DNA of 64,000 nt from Candidatus Poribacteria bacterium (GTDB lineage Bacteria; Poribacteria; WGA-4E; WGA-3G): the NCBI GenBank assembly GCA_965197475.1, contig CBDANF010000003.1, positions 800,001-864,000 of the forward strand. The letters are read 5' to 3'. Position numbers and translations under genes: made by a program. Within the stretch, counting starts at the first letter, position 1. The number at the start of each line of letters is the position of its first letter. The notes below the pieces were generated by a model. That model searched no databases, was not told the origin of the DNA, and saw nothing but the letters and a program-made list of their open reading frames with translations. Below, piece after piece: positions 42,964-53,566 of the stretch.

Positions 42964-43591
42964 GCTCCTCTTTCAGATCTTCAGCTGTACCAAAAAGAGA
43001 AAGCTCATAATCCCCCATCAGATACCAAAATTTTTCGCGCGACACACCGGCAAGTCGTGCAGCGAGTCCACTGCTCAGTTCTTCATTTTCATAATATTTC
43101 ATCGCCAACGCTATACGCGCATCTTTATCAATTTCAAAAGACTCTGGATTCGAAGCCAGCAGATGTAAGATGTCTTCCGGCAACTTAACCCCTATTTCCT
43201 TCTCAAATGCGGCGATACTTCCGTGTGTGTTATGAAATGCATCGGCAATATCCACACCTTGGAGTATAGCAACAGTGAGGTCTCTTTTCGCTTCTTCCCA
43301 CTGTTTTGCGCGCAAGTATGCCTCACCCCGTGTATAATAGGATTCGGCAAACTTTGGCTTCAGGACAAGCATTTGGGTGTAGTCTGCAATAGCCTTGTTC
43401 AACTCGCCTTTGTCACGATACACATTACCGCGATAGTGGTGTGCATCGGCATAATCGGGGTTGAGTTTTATGGCTTTGGTATAATCAGCGATAGCAAGTT
43501 CCAACTCACCTTTTTTGCTGTGAGTTAACCCGCGATTGAAATACGTCTTGGCGAGTTTTTGATTGTGTTCTCTTGTCATTTTCTTCTCCAC
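42932..43591 (-). CDS. TPR + UPF0175 fusion protein
   Basis: Three TPRs then ALAMKYYENEELSSGLAARLAGVSREKF...EDLKEEL; overlaps the DUF3368 start. Confidence 0.8.
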   Translation of the reverse strand: MEKKMTREHNQKLAKTYFNRGLTHSKKGELELAIADYTKAIKLNPDYADAHHYRGNVYRDKGELNKAIADYTQMLVLKPKFAESYYTRGEAYLRAKQWEEAKRDLTVAILQGVDIADAFHNTHGSIAAFEKEIGVKLPEDILHLLASNPESFEIDKDARIALAMKYYENEELSSGLAARLAGVSREKFWYLMGDYELSLFGTAEDLKEELENARKANHQ

Positions 43592-43613
43592 GATGTGGAT
43601 GACTTAAGGGTAA

Positions 43614-43838
43614 TCATAGCATGTCCGGTGAACAGATTTCAACCGATTTATTGGTATGAAGGGCGAGATACTCGCTTACTTCAAAATTCATTCGATCAAT
43701 CTCAGCAAAAAAGCCGCCCGCGGATAACTCATAATTCTTAGGATTGGTTTCGACTTGCGTAAGTTTTTCGACTTGTTTTTCAAAGCGTTTAATGCGATCC
43801 AGCGTTGCCTCAAACTCTTGATTGTTCCGAATCATTGT
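43614..43838 (-). CDS. Small helical hypothetical protein
   Basis: GAGG RBS, MIRNNQEFEATLDRI...AEIDRMNFEVSEYL; exact start uncertain. Confidence 0.55.
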   Translation of the reverse strand, partial: TMIRNNQEFEATLDRIKRFEKQVEKLTQVETNPKNYELSAGGFFAEIDRMNFEVSEYLALHTNKSVEICSPDML

Positions 43839-43891
43839 GACCCACCTCAATTCTACCGTATTTGATGCTTGCATTGTGTATTGCTTGGAAT

Positions 43892-44159
43892 TTATATAGT
43901 TTCCGGATCCTCTACTTGATCAAGTGTTTCAGAAAGTGGGCCAACACGCATTTTGAGTTTCTTCGCTAATCCTTTATCACCCCGGATTAAGTTAATAACT
44001 ATGCTTTCATAATCTGTTTTGTTTTGACATTTGAGAGATTTAGCGATTGTTTCAAGAGCACAACTATCATCCACTGGATAACGAGCTACCAGCTTGTCAA
44101 GGTTCCCATCTTCAATAAGTTTATTGAAACGATTAAGTTCATCAGTGAAAGGTGAATTA
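43892..44159 (-). pseudogene. 3' remnant of a gene cut by IS630
   Basis: Frame open from the IS end (NSPFTDELNRFNKLIEDGNLDKLVARYP...) to the stop at 43892. Confidence 0.5.
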
Positions 44160-44895
44160 TAGTAAAACCTGTAATTACTTATACACTTTTATAATATCAT
44201 CAATAGAGGTCTCAGCGTTGTATTGACGTATTCGCTTGATGTTAGCGAAATCTTTCTCAATCGGATTCAACTCCGGTGAATACGGCGGTAAAAACAACAA
44301 ACTCGCACCGCATTCCCGGATCAATGCTTCTGTTTGTGAACCTTTGTGGAAAGAGGCATTATCCATAATCACAACGTGGCTGTCGTCAAGCAAAGGACAT
44401 AACATCTCCGAAAGCCATGCGTTGAAGGCAACCGCATCGCAACTACCTTCGAAAAGCACAGGCACTGTGAAACATCCATCAAGACGTGCCGCAATCAAGG
44501 TTGTGGTGGTATACCGATGACTTGGCACTTTATCTTCAACACGGACACCTTTCGGGCATAAGCATACCGACGGAAATCGGTTTCGGTGAAACCACTTTCG
44601 TCAAGATAAACCGGTTTTTTGCCATGCTCGTGTGTCTCTTGTTGAAGTGCCGAGAGATACTCTTGGCGTTTTACCGGACACTGTTCTTTGTAGGTCGTGG
44701 TCTTTTTTTTCGCGTGATATTGAGTTTTGCCAAGGCATAAAAGATGCCGTTTGTTGAAACACCGAAGTGTTTGGCACGTTCGGCGAGTGTGCTATCGGGA
44801 AAATCGGCAACATGTTGTTGAAGCGCATCATAATCAATGTGTCGGGGCCCTTTGGGACCCGGCTTCTCATAGGCAAAGGGGTCTTCTGCTTCTAA
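44160..44895 (-). mobile_element. IS630 copy 2, truncated
   Basis: Matches 14730-15465 with two substitutions noticed; 5' end missing. Confidence 0.92.
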
Positions 44896-45189
44896 TACCA
44901 TATCTAATTGACAATATAACATAAAGCGTATATATTCTATTGCAACCTTTTGAAATAAAGTGAGGAAGCAATGAATAAAAAAGTTCCCAAAATTACCGAG
45001 AGTGTTGAAGAAATCAAATCCCTTATGAAGTGCTCTGCCCAAAGCTATCAAAAGCAAAGGCTCTTCATGTTGTATCATTTACAAAGTGGTCAAGCAAAAA
45101 ATCGTAAGCAAGTTGCCGATTTGTTAGGTGTGCATCGCACGACGATTGGAAACTGGTTGTCGTCATACGAAACAGGTGGTCTTGAAATA
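44896..45189 (+). mobile_element. 5' fragment of a second IS630-like transposase (HTH)
   Basis: Begins TACCATATC after TAA; KQRLFMLYHLQSG...VADLLGVHRTTIGNWLSSYETGGLE. Confidence 0.7.
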
Positions 45190-45321
45190 GTATCAAATGA
45201 CCATAGGATAGCTGGAAGGCTGATGTTCATTGGCTTCCCAGCGATCGTTGATGAGTGGGTTGCGTTGGGATCGCGAGCATCCTCTTTGAGAAATGATGCG
45301 TTTAGCGATAAACGTGTCTAA

Positions 45322-45350
45322 AGTATAGCAAAACCGGTAGCGGTTGTCAA
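45322..45350 (-). promoter_or_regulatory. Near-consensus outward-facing sigma70 promoter in the DUF1670 element
   Basis: Minus strand TTGACA-N17-TATACT. Confidence 0.6.
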
Positions 45351-45417
45351 CCATATTTTCAAGGCACCTGCCCCGGTTTTGCGAAGTAAAGTTCGTCGGG
45401 AACATAGGATTAGGGTC

Positions 45418-46302
45418 TCATTGGGCTTCTCCTTGGTGAGTGGCTTCATCGTTTGAGTCTGAATTGGCAAGGTTTGCATCTATGGCTTGGAGTTGGGGCT
45501 GCGGAATCAGGTCCAGATATTGAGTGATAACGCGTTTAGAAAGTCGGGTGATCTGTGAGATTTTATCAATATCTGTGGTAGCGGTGCGAACGACTTTGAC
45601 GCTCTCATAATCGCGAATGTATCTATCAACTGCCTCCTTAGAGTGTTTGGTCTTTGCGGCAATCCTGGGGGTGAGATGTCCTTGAAGATAGAGGGTTATG
45701 ATCTCTTTCTTATGGGTAATAGCCCCCGATAAGTCATGGATATTGCCACGGGTGGGCAAGAGTTCTCCAGTGGTTTTTTGCCATTCATTAACATAATCAC
45801 AGACAACGGCATCGCAGACATTGAGCAAAACTGCCAAGTCGAGTTGTGTCAATAATGCCCCTTGGTCATAAGCTTGATGACACCAGCGGACCAAGCGATT
45901 GATCCGCAATTGCCGGGAGGTGAAACCGTTTCTAAAAGATTCAATATCCTCTGCGGCGAGGTAGGTCAGGATGATGGGTTTCATCCGAGTTTTGACGATG
46001 GACTTTCCTCTTTCTGGATGTTCATCAATAGGGACGGCCATCCAAACGAGTTGTCCATAACTTAGGAAACGCTCATCTGGGAGTTGATCACCGGTGGCGA
46101 GTTTTTCCAAGGGGAGGGTAATTACGAAATAGTCTTCAACGGTCTTGAGAATATCATCAACAATGGCGGTGGCAGTGACTTCGCCTTTGTCATACCCGTA
46201 GTCATTGAGAAAGCGATGGATAAGCAACTGTCGTAGGGATTTATCGTTGATGCGTCTGAATTTCTTCTCGTTGATTTGCGTGCGTGTTAGAGGTTTGCTC
46301 AT
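45418..46302 (-). CDS. DUF1670-like HTH protein B
   Basis: RLVRWCHQAYDQGALLTQLDLAVLL, LPTRGNIHDLSGAITHKKEII, HSKEAVDRYIRDY. Confidence 0.8.
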   Translation of the reverse strand: MSKPLTRTQINEKKFRRINDKSLRQLLIHRFLNDYGYDKGEVTATAIVDDILKTVEDYFVITLPLEKLATGDQLPDERFLSYGQLVWMAVPIDEHPERGKSIVKTRMKPIILTYLAAEDIESFRNGFTSRQLRINRLVRWCHQAYDQGALLTQLDLAVLLNVCDAVVCDYVNEWQKTTGELLPTRGNIHDLSGAITHKKEIITLYLQGHLTPRIAAKTKHSKEAVDRYIRDYESVKVVRTATTDIDKISQITRLSKRVITQYLDLIPQPQLQAIDANLANSDSNDEATHQGEAQ

Positions 46303-47099
46303 GAGAGATCCTCCTTTTTTGTGTCCTCTGGTTCTGGGTGAAGGAGTTGGGTCATGCGATCGGTGTGTTGATATTCCTTGAACAGCGAGAGATACTCGCG
46401 TATCAACCGGTCAGAGAGATGAGAAATCAGGCGTATCTGAGCGTTAGGGAACCCTTGATGATGGAGCGTGGCAACTTGTGTGAAGTCCCTCAAGTAGCGG
46501 TAGACAGCCCGTTCGGAGTGGTTCGTCTTTTGCTCAATCTCGGTGAAGGTGTATGCTTTGAAGTACAGCTCGAGAATCTGCGTCTTATGAGACAGTCCCG
46601 GGCCCATGTCGTGTTTCGCCCCGCGCGTCATCACGAAATAGCCGGACTGCTTCAACGCTCGGATGTCGCGTTTGACGGTGGCAGGACTGGTGGTTAATAA
46701 CACCGCCAAATCCTCATAACTCAGCAAGGCTTCTTGGTCATAAGCTTCTTGGGTCAATCGGAGGATCCGATGCCGTCTGAGTCCTGCGAGCCCATAAGTC
46801 GCTAAAACTTCAAGGTCGGCTTCAACATCGTTGAGTTTGAGTCGACAGGAGACTTTTTTCGCTAAAGCGATGTGTTTGCCTGCGGGTTCCTCAGCGGCGA
46901 CTGCCTCGTAGCAGATTTGCCCTGATGTGAGTTGCACATCGGCATGTTGTTCAAAGTAGGTAGAAATCTGTTTATAGTAGGCTTCAGCAACGAGAGGCAT
47001 GAGATTAAAGTCTGCTGAAATCTTCTGAATAATCGCGGCTCTGGCATTCTTGGATTCGAGCCGAGTGATACCGTAAGCGGTATCCTTCTTGCGGTTCAT
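46299..47099 (-). CDS. DUF1670-like HTH protein A
   Basis: RILRLTQEAYDQEALLSYEDLAVLL, TRGAKHDMGPGLSHK, HSERAVYRYLRDF; GGAGG RBS favours ATG 47099. Confidence 0.8.
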   Translation of the reverse strand: MNRKKDTAYGITRLESKNARAAIIQKISADFNLMPLVAEAYYKQISTYFEQHADVQLTSGQICYEAVAAEEPAGKHIALAKKVSCRLKLNDVEADLEVLATYGLAGLRRHRILRLTQEAYDQEALLSYEDLAVLLTTSPATVKRDIRALKQSGYFVMTRGAKHDMGPGLSHKTQILELYFKAYTFTEIEQKTNHSERAVYRYLRDFTQVATLHHQGFPNAQIRLISHLSDRLIREYLSLFKEYQHTDRMTQLLHPEPEDTKKEDLS

Positions 47100-47349
47100 A
47101 TTGACCTCCATGAATAGATTATCGGGGATCCGAGGACATCTACTCGTTAGTTTAACGAATACTAATAGTATAACTCATGGGGTCATTTGATACAAACTAT
47201 AAGTAAAGAAATAAGTTGAGTTGGGTTTCGCTGTGCTCTACCCCGCCAAATGCCATAGGCGTATTTGGCGTTGATTCCCTACACTTGATTTCTTATTTCG
47301 AACTCACGTTTACTATAGTTTGGACAATTTCATCCTATCAGGACTTCGG

Positions 47350-48331
47350 ACCAGGTGTTAAATATGGTTTGTAAGCACACTTGAGACAGCTGCTGGTGTC
47401 TATCAAAAAATCATGGCAACACTTTATGATGTCTATTTCCCATGCGTAGAAGCACTGCGTCCGGGGCCAAAAAGTCGTTGTCCTGATAGTGAAATTCTCA
47501 CATTTGTTTGGGCTTCTTGAACTGACAGGAAGATAACGAACTCACAGGATACAACCTTATCAAGCACAACTCGGACATCTTTTCCCATATTTACCGGAAC
47601 GCTCTCGCTTCAATCGAAGTATGCGAAACCTGTGCCACGCAAGCGAAAACTCCGGAGGATTTTGACACAGTTCTTACCAGATGATAGGGTTTTCATTGTA
47701 GATAGTTTTCCTATCCCGGTTTGCGATTTCAAGCGTGCTGCGACTTCTACATCGTCTCTAAAATGTGCTGATGGCACCGGCACCTCGGCAACTTATGGAA
47801 AGTGTGCCACAAAAAGGCTTGACACTTTCTTAAGGTTTCGTGGTAGTCTGATAACCACCGTTTACGAACTATCTGTTGATTTGTGGTCGCCACTGCGGAT
47901 ACAGATGATCAAGAAATGCTCAGCTTACTATGTGAACGCGGCACTTGTCCTATTATCCTTGGAGATAAAGGATATTTCCGAGTAACTTGAGACTGATTTA
48001 CTTGAAACAGACAATGTGCGTCTTTTACCGACGCGGTGTCCAAATCAGAAAACACAATACCCAAAGCCGTTTCGGAAGTTGCACGGTAAAACGGTGGCGG
48101 ATTGAGACGACTATCAGTCAACTCACAAATCAGTTTAATGTTTCACAAATACGCGCCCGCGCTCATTGAAGTTTTCAAACACGGTTGAGCAATAAGTTGA
48201 TGGTTGGACATTAGGTGTTTTTTGAATCAATATTTAGGATGCCCGTTAATGGCACTCAAAGATGTCGTTTATACATAAACAATTTCAAAAAAGATAGAAA
48301 CATATTACAAAAAGTTAACTAACACAAGGCG
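47350..48331 (+). mobile_element. IS982-family remnant (multiply frameshifted)
   Basis: Fragments PGPKSRCPDSEILT, PERSRFNR, IVDSFPIPVC, GDKGY, RWRIETTISQL. Confidence 0.7.
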
Positions 48332-48351
48332 TTATTTCTCAGGAGGTATTC

Positions 48352-50099
48352 ATGAATAATCCAAAATCTGGCTCAAAAAACCCTAAAAGCAAAACAAACA
48401 CAAAAGAAAACGGCAATAACATATCTGATACAAACTTTATCCGACAAGCAATTGAAGAAGATATAGCATCAAATAGATTTGATGGGAGGGTGCATACCCG
48501 ATTTCCTCCCGAACCGAGTGGATACCTCCATATCGGTCACGCCAAAGCCATCTGTATTAGTTTCGGCATCGCCGAAGACTATGGCGGACTTTACAACCTC
48601 CGATTCGACGACAGTAATCCGATCACAGAAGAGAGTGAATACGTAGAAGCGATTAAACGGGATGTCCGTTGGCTCGGATTTAATTGGGAGGAACGCGAAT
48701 TCCATGCCTCTGACTATTTCGAAACACTTTATGAATATGCTGTCAAACTGATAGAGAAAGGGAAAGCTTACGTCTGTGATCTGACACCAGAGGAAACGCG
48801 CACTTATCGTGGCACTTTAGTGACAGCCGGCAAAGATAGTCCCTACCGAAACCGTTCTATTGAAGAAAATCTAACGTTGTTCCGTGGGATGTGCGATGGT
48901 AAATTTTCCGACGGTTCTCGTACTCTCCGCGCCAAAATTGATATGGCAAGTCCGAATTTAAATATGCGCGACCCTGTGATGTATCGTGTTCTCCACACCC
49001 CACACTATCGACATGGGACCAATTGGTGCATCTATCCTACCTACGATTTCACACATGGACAATCCGATTCGATCGAAGGCGTTACACATTCCTTATGTGA
49101 CGTTCAGTTTGAAGATCATCGTCCGTTATATGACTGGTTTTTGGAATCGTTGGAAATTTACTCACCTCGACAGATTGAATTTGCTCGACTGAACCTTACC
49201 TACACTATACTATACTTGGTAAGCGGAAACTCAAAATCCTCGTTGAACAAGGACACGTCAAAGGGTGGGACGATCCGAGACTACCCACACTTGCGGGTAT
49301 GCGTCGTCGCGGTTATACTCCAGAATCTATCCGGGATTTCTGCAATCGCATCGGTGTGTCAAAAGCCGACAATCTTATTGAGATAGGACAATTGGAATAC
49401 TCTATCCGAAATGATCTGAACCGTCGCGCGTCTCGTGTGATGGGTGTCCTTAATCCGATTAAGGTTATTATTGATAACTATCCGGAAGGACAAGTTGAAA
49501 TGCTTGATGCCGATAATAATCCGGAAGATGAAAATGCAGGTACAAGAGAAATTCCATTTTCTCGAGAAATCTACATTGAACGTGAAGATTTTATGGAAGA
49601 CCCGCCGCGAAAATTTTATAGATTTGCTCCCGGACGAGAGGTTCGGCTTAAACATGCATACTATATCACCTGCGACCACGTTGTTAAAGATGAAAACACT
49701 GGTGAAATCGTTGATATCCACTGCACTTATGATCCAAAAACTCGTGGTGGTTGGTCTGATGATGAACGGAGGGTACAAGGCACACTGCACTGGGTTTCTG
49801 CTGAACATGCTGTTGATGCTGAGGTGCGCCTATACGGTTCGCTCTTTACAGAGCGCGAACCGGAAAACGTAGCGGATGGCACCGATTGGATACAATTCCT
49901 CAATCCGAATTCTTTAGAGATTCTAAATAATTGCAAGGTTGAACCGAGTCTTGTTGAGGCAATGCCTGAAAGTCGATATCAGTTCCTACGGATGGGATAT
50001 TTTTGCGTTGATCCAGACACAACACCAGAAAAATCGGTATTCAATCGTACAGTACCGCTGCGGGATAGCTGGGCAAAAATTCAGAAAGGACAGAAATGA
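48352..50099 (+). pseudogene. glnS: Glutamine--tRNA ligase, frameshifted at about 49210
   Basis: [46 protein letters not shown]; 5-bp duplication CTATA. Confidence 0.9.
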
Positions 50100-51592
50100 A
50101 CAAAATACCTATTCCAAATGATCAAGTCAGGGTTCGTATGGCACCCTCTCCAACCGGTTTCTTACATATCGGTGGTGCGAGGACAGCACTATTCAATTGG
50201 GTGTTCGCCAAACACCACAACGGCAAATTCATCTTACGGATTGATGATACAGATAAGGCGCGTTCCACAGACGAATCTATGCATGAAATCTATACGGCAA
50301 TGAAGTGGTTAGGTCTTGAGTGGGACGAAGGCGGTGATAAAGGTGGAACCTACGGACCTTACGTGCAATCCGAACGGAAAGCCATCTACGAAAAATACGT
50401 TACGCAGCTGCTTGAAAACAGCAATGCATACCACTGCTATTGTACCCCCGAAGAATTAGAAGACATCCGCACAGAAGCGCGCACCGCGAAATCTACACGA
50501 TCCTACGACGGACGGTGCAAACACCTTACATCAGAAAACATTGAACGTTATATGGCAGAAGGCAGAAAACCGACCGTCCGTATAAAAATGCCTGACGCAC
50601 CAATCCGTGTTGACGACCTTATTCTCGGTTCACGCGACATTGATCCCGCCACCTTAGAGGATGAAGTGATTGTCCGTTCAAACGGCATGCCGAATTACAA
50701 TCTCACCTCTATTATAGACGATGTAGAAATGCAAATTACGCATGTAATCAGAGGAACAGAACACCTCAACAACACACCGAAACAGATTGCAATTGCGAAT
50801 GCACTCGGTTTGAATCTGCCACAATTCGCACATATTCCGCTGGTGCTTGATGATACCGGTAGAAAACTGAGTAAACGTCATCACGGTGACCTTGTCGCTG
50901 TCAACCGATACCGTGAGCAAGGGTATCTACCCGAAGCGATGCTGAACTTCGTTGCAAGACTCGGTTGGTCTTACGACGATAAACAGGAAATCTTCTCTGT
51001 TGATGAACTTATAGATAAATTTGACCTCGCACGGGTTGGCAAAAGCGGTAGTGTGTTTGATATTAAGAAGTTGGAGTGGCTCAACTCCCACTATATTAAC
51101 CAACTTGATGTGGCAGCACGGACAGACGCGGTGATACCTTTCTGGGAACAAGAAGGTTTAGTGGATTCCACGTCAAAGCGAGACTGGCTTGAGAAGATTG
51201 TGGAAGCCGTGGGTGAACGTCTTACAACGTTTCAAGACATCGTTCCACAAACTCGTTATTTCTTTACCGATGATTTTGAGTATGAGTCGAAAGCGGTCAA
51301 GAAATGGTGGGGAGGTTCAGACGAAAAGAAGCAAAAAACTTGTGAGATTCTGACAAATCTCGGACAGATTTTGGAAGAAGTTTCTGCGTTTGATCTCGAA
51401 ACGGTAGAAACTGCTATTTGGAAATACACAGATGAAAACGACATCAAACGCGTCGCTGCAATGCAGGCAATGCGGATTGCGCTGACGGGAACATCGTTCG
51501 GTCCAAGCCTTTTTGATATTGTTATCCTGCTCGGCAAAGACGAGGTTTTGAAGCGAATTCAAAAGGCGATAGCGGATTTAACACAAAAATAA
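50096..51592 (+). CDS. gltX: Glutamate--tRNA ligase
   Basis: [20 protein letters not shown] zinc motif. Confidence 0.95.
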   Translation: MNKIPIPNDQVRVRMAPSPTGFLHIGGARTALFNWVFAKHHNGKFILRIDDTDKARSTDESMHEIYTAMKWLGLEWDEGGDKGGTYGPYVQSERKAIYEKYVTQLLENSNAYHCYCTPEELEDIRTEARTAKSTRSYDGRCKHLTSENIERYMAEGRKPTVRIKMPDAPIRVDDLILGSRDIDPATLEDEVIVRSNGMPNYNLTSIIDDVEMQITHVIRGTEHLNNTPKQIAIANALGLNLPQFAHIPLVLDDTGRKLSKRHHGDLVAVNRYREQGYLPEAMLNFVARLGWSYDDKQEIFSVDELIDKFDLARVGKSGSVFDIKKLEWLNSHYINQLDVAARTDAVIPFWEQEGLVDSTSKRDWLEKIVEAVGERLTTFQDIVPQTRYFFTDDFEYESKAVKKWWGGSDEKKQKTCEILTNLGQILEEVSAFDLETVETAIWKYTDENDIKRVAAMQAMRIALTGTSFGPSLFDIVILLGKDEVLKRIQKAIADLTQK

Positions 51593-51612
51593 ACAGCGGA
51601 GAAAGAGGATTC

Positions 51613-52140
51613 ATGCCAACTCTCAATTGGATAGGAAAAGAAGCTGTCATCAATCACCACGATGAGGTGCCAATACACACTCTCACACTTGACCGTGACC
51701 GATCCTTCGGATACGATAATGAACCGCTTGGCACTGGCAATCTCCTCATTGAAGGTGACAATCTTACCGCGCTCAAGGCACTCCTACCCTACTACGCTGG
51801 CAAAGTCAAATGCATTTTCATTGATCCTCCCTATAATACTGGCAACGAAAGTTGGGTTTACAACGATAACGTTAACAACCCAACCATCCAGAAATGGCTT
51901 GGAAAAACTGTCGGCTCGCTGGCAGCAGATCTTTCTCGCCACGACAAATGGCTCTGCATGATGTATCCACGCCTCTGCTTACTTCATCAATTCCTCCGAA
52001 AAGATGGTGTGATCTTCATCACGCTTGACGATAACGAACAACCGAACCTACGTTTACTAATGAACGAAATTTTTGGTGAAACCAACTTTGTAGCCAATCT
52101 GATCTGGAGAAAAAAAATCGGGAGGCGGTCAAGACTCCGA
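51613..52140 (+). pseudogene. Type III R-M Mod DNA methyltransferase, N-terminal fragment
   Basis: MPTLNWIGK, LIEGDNL, IDPPYNTG, HDKWLCMMYPRL; cut by IS at 52141. Confidence 0.85.
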
Positions 52141-53496
52141 CTGATATTTATCAAAATTCTTCATATGTCAATGTTTATCAATGTTTTCTTGGTATTTGTT
52201 CATGAGAATGCTCGCTGAGATCAGACAGCATCTGCCTCTGTCCTGAAAGTTCAAGTTGTCCTTGATGAAAGGTTTTTCGCACGGAGCGACTGACCTGCTG
52301 TATCAAAAGGTAGCTCATCACTTTCACACCTAAGTTCACATACGCGCCATTCCGTCCTTTTAGGCTCATGGATGCAAGGTTTAGGTCTGTTTTTAGATGC
52401 CGCCAATACTGTTCTATACCGTGGTGTTGAGACCATATCCGCAGGATTTCACAAGCACGGAGTGGTTTCCCGAATACGAGCATTGTTCGGACTTTGCCAC
52501 GGTCTGCAAAGAACAACACCACTACTTTTCCAAAAGTTGGACTTGTGGCTTTAGTCCGATAGACCGGTTTATCGCACCCCCATTGATTGGAGAGGAGTTT
52601 GATCGACTTTTTATGTTCCGAGAGTTTCGCCCTTTTTTCATCAATCGTCATCACATAGTTGCTTTTTCCGTGCACAAGGATCGTTTCAAATCCCATTTCT
52701 CGCAAGGTGTCAATCAAGTGGCGGCTACCATACCACGAATCAAAGGTGACCGGATAGTTTCGGATATCTATTCCGGTCCCTTCAAAGAAAGACAAGATTT
52801 CCTTGAACATAGTGATGACACAGGAGGGTTTATCCGTATTCCCGCGTCCTTGTTTGCTGATCAGTCGCATATTCAGGGGAATGATCCGTTTTCCAATCTT
52901 TAGGACGATCCCCAATATATTTTGCCCCTTCATCGGCTGTTTTGCTTGAGAAGACCACCAATTGGATGTGTAGGCGAGACCCTCTCCATAGCGGAAAACA
53001 AAGGTATCATCCACACTGATGACGATACACAGACGCGATAGAGAAGCAGCACTTTTTGATACTGCCTCCTGTAGCACCTCTAACGCAATAGAACACCCGA
53101 TACGCACAAAAAGATGCTGCCAGAGATAAAGACTCATCGTGTTCAGTTCCCGATATAGCCTCGTTTTCGGAATAGACAACGCATCCGCCACTTGATTCGG
53201 GTTAGTGAGCCCAAACAGATGGCAGGTTGACAAAAACACTAAGGTATTAACAAAATGCTGTTTCAAGGTCTGAAACTGTGAAGATAGAAGTTCTTGAAAA
53301 AAAGTGGTAGATTTGATAAGCTGAGTTAGCATGAGATATCCTCCTAATGTTTGTTTATATTCAAATCTGTAATTAGGATGCTATCTCATGCTATAAAAGT
53401 CAAGGAAAATGGACACAGCAAAAACGCATTTTCATGGTGCTATACCTTGTTTCTATTGATTATTATTAGGTTCAAGACCATTCTGAGAAATATCAG
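52141..53496 (-). mobile_element. IS701/IS4-superfamily IS (transposase 52178-53332)
   Basis: VDDT, FDSWY, IEQYWRHLK; IRs CTGATATTTATCAAAAT / ATTCTGAGAAATATCAG. Confidence 0.82.
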
Positions 53497-53566
53497 AAGG
53501 GTTAATTTCCTTAAGTTGACACATAATGGGTTTCGCAAACTCTACCCAACGGACGAATTAATGCAA

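Larger units (their letters stand above)
45190..47193 (-). mobile_element. Inverted-repeat-bounded element encoding two DUF1670-like proteins
   Basis: Perfect 13-bp IR GTATCAAATGACC (45190-45202) / GGTCATTTGATAC (47181-47193); truncates the upstream HTH ORF at the IR. Confidence 0.72.

Noticed and set aside
44671-45078. 135-aa minus-strand ORF
   Set aside because: Chimera of antisense sequence and truncated IS630 orfA
45193-45405. 70-aa ORF as a third gene of the DUF1670 element
   Set aside because: No RBS, no recognisable motif, and it runs over a promoter and hairpins and ends in the IR
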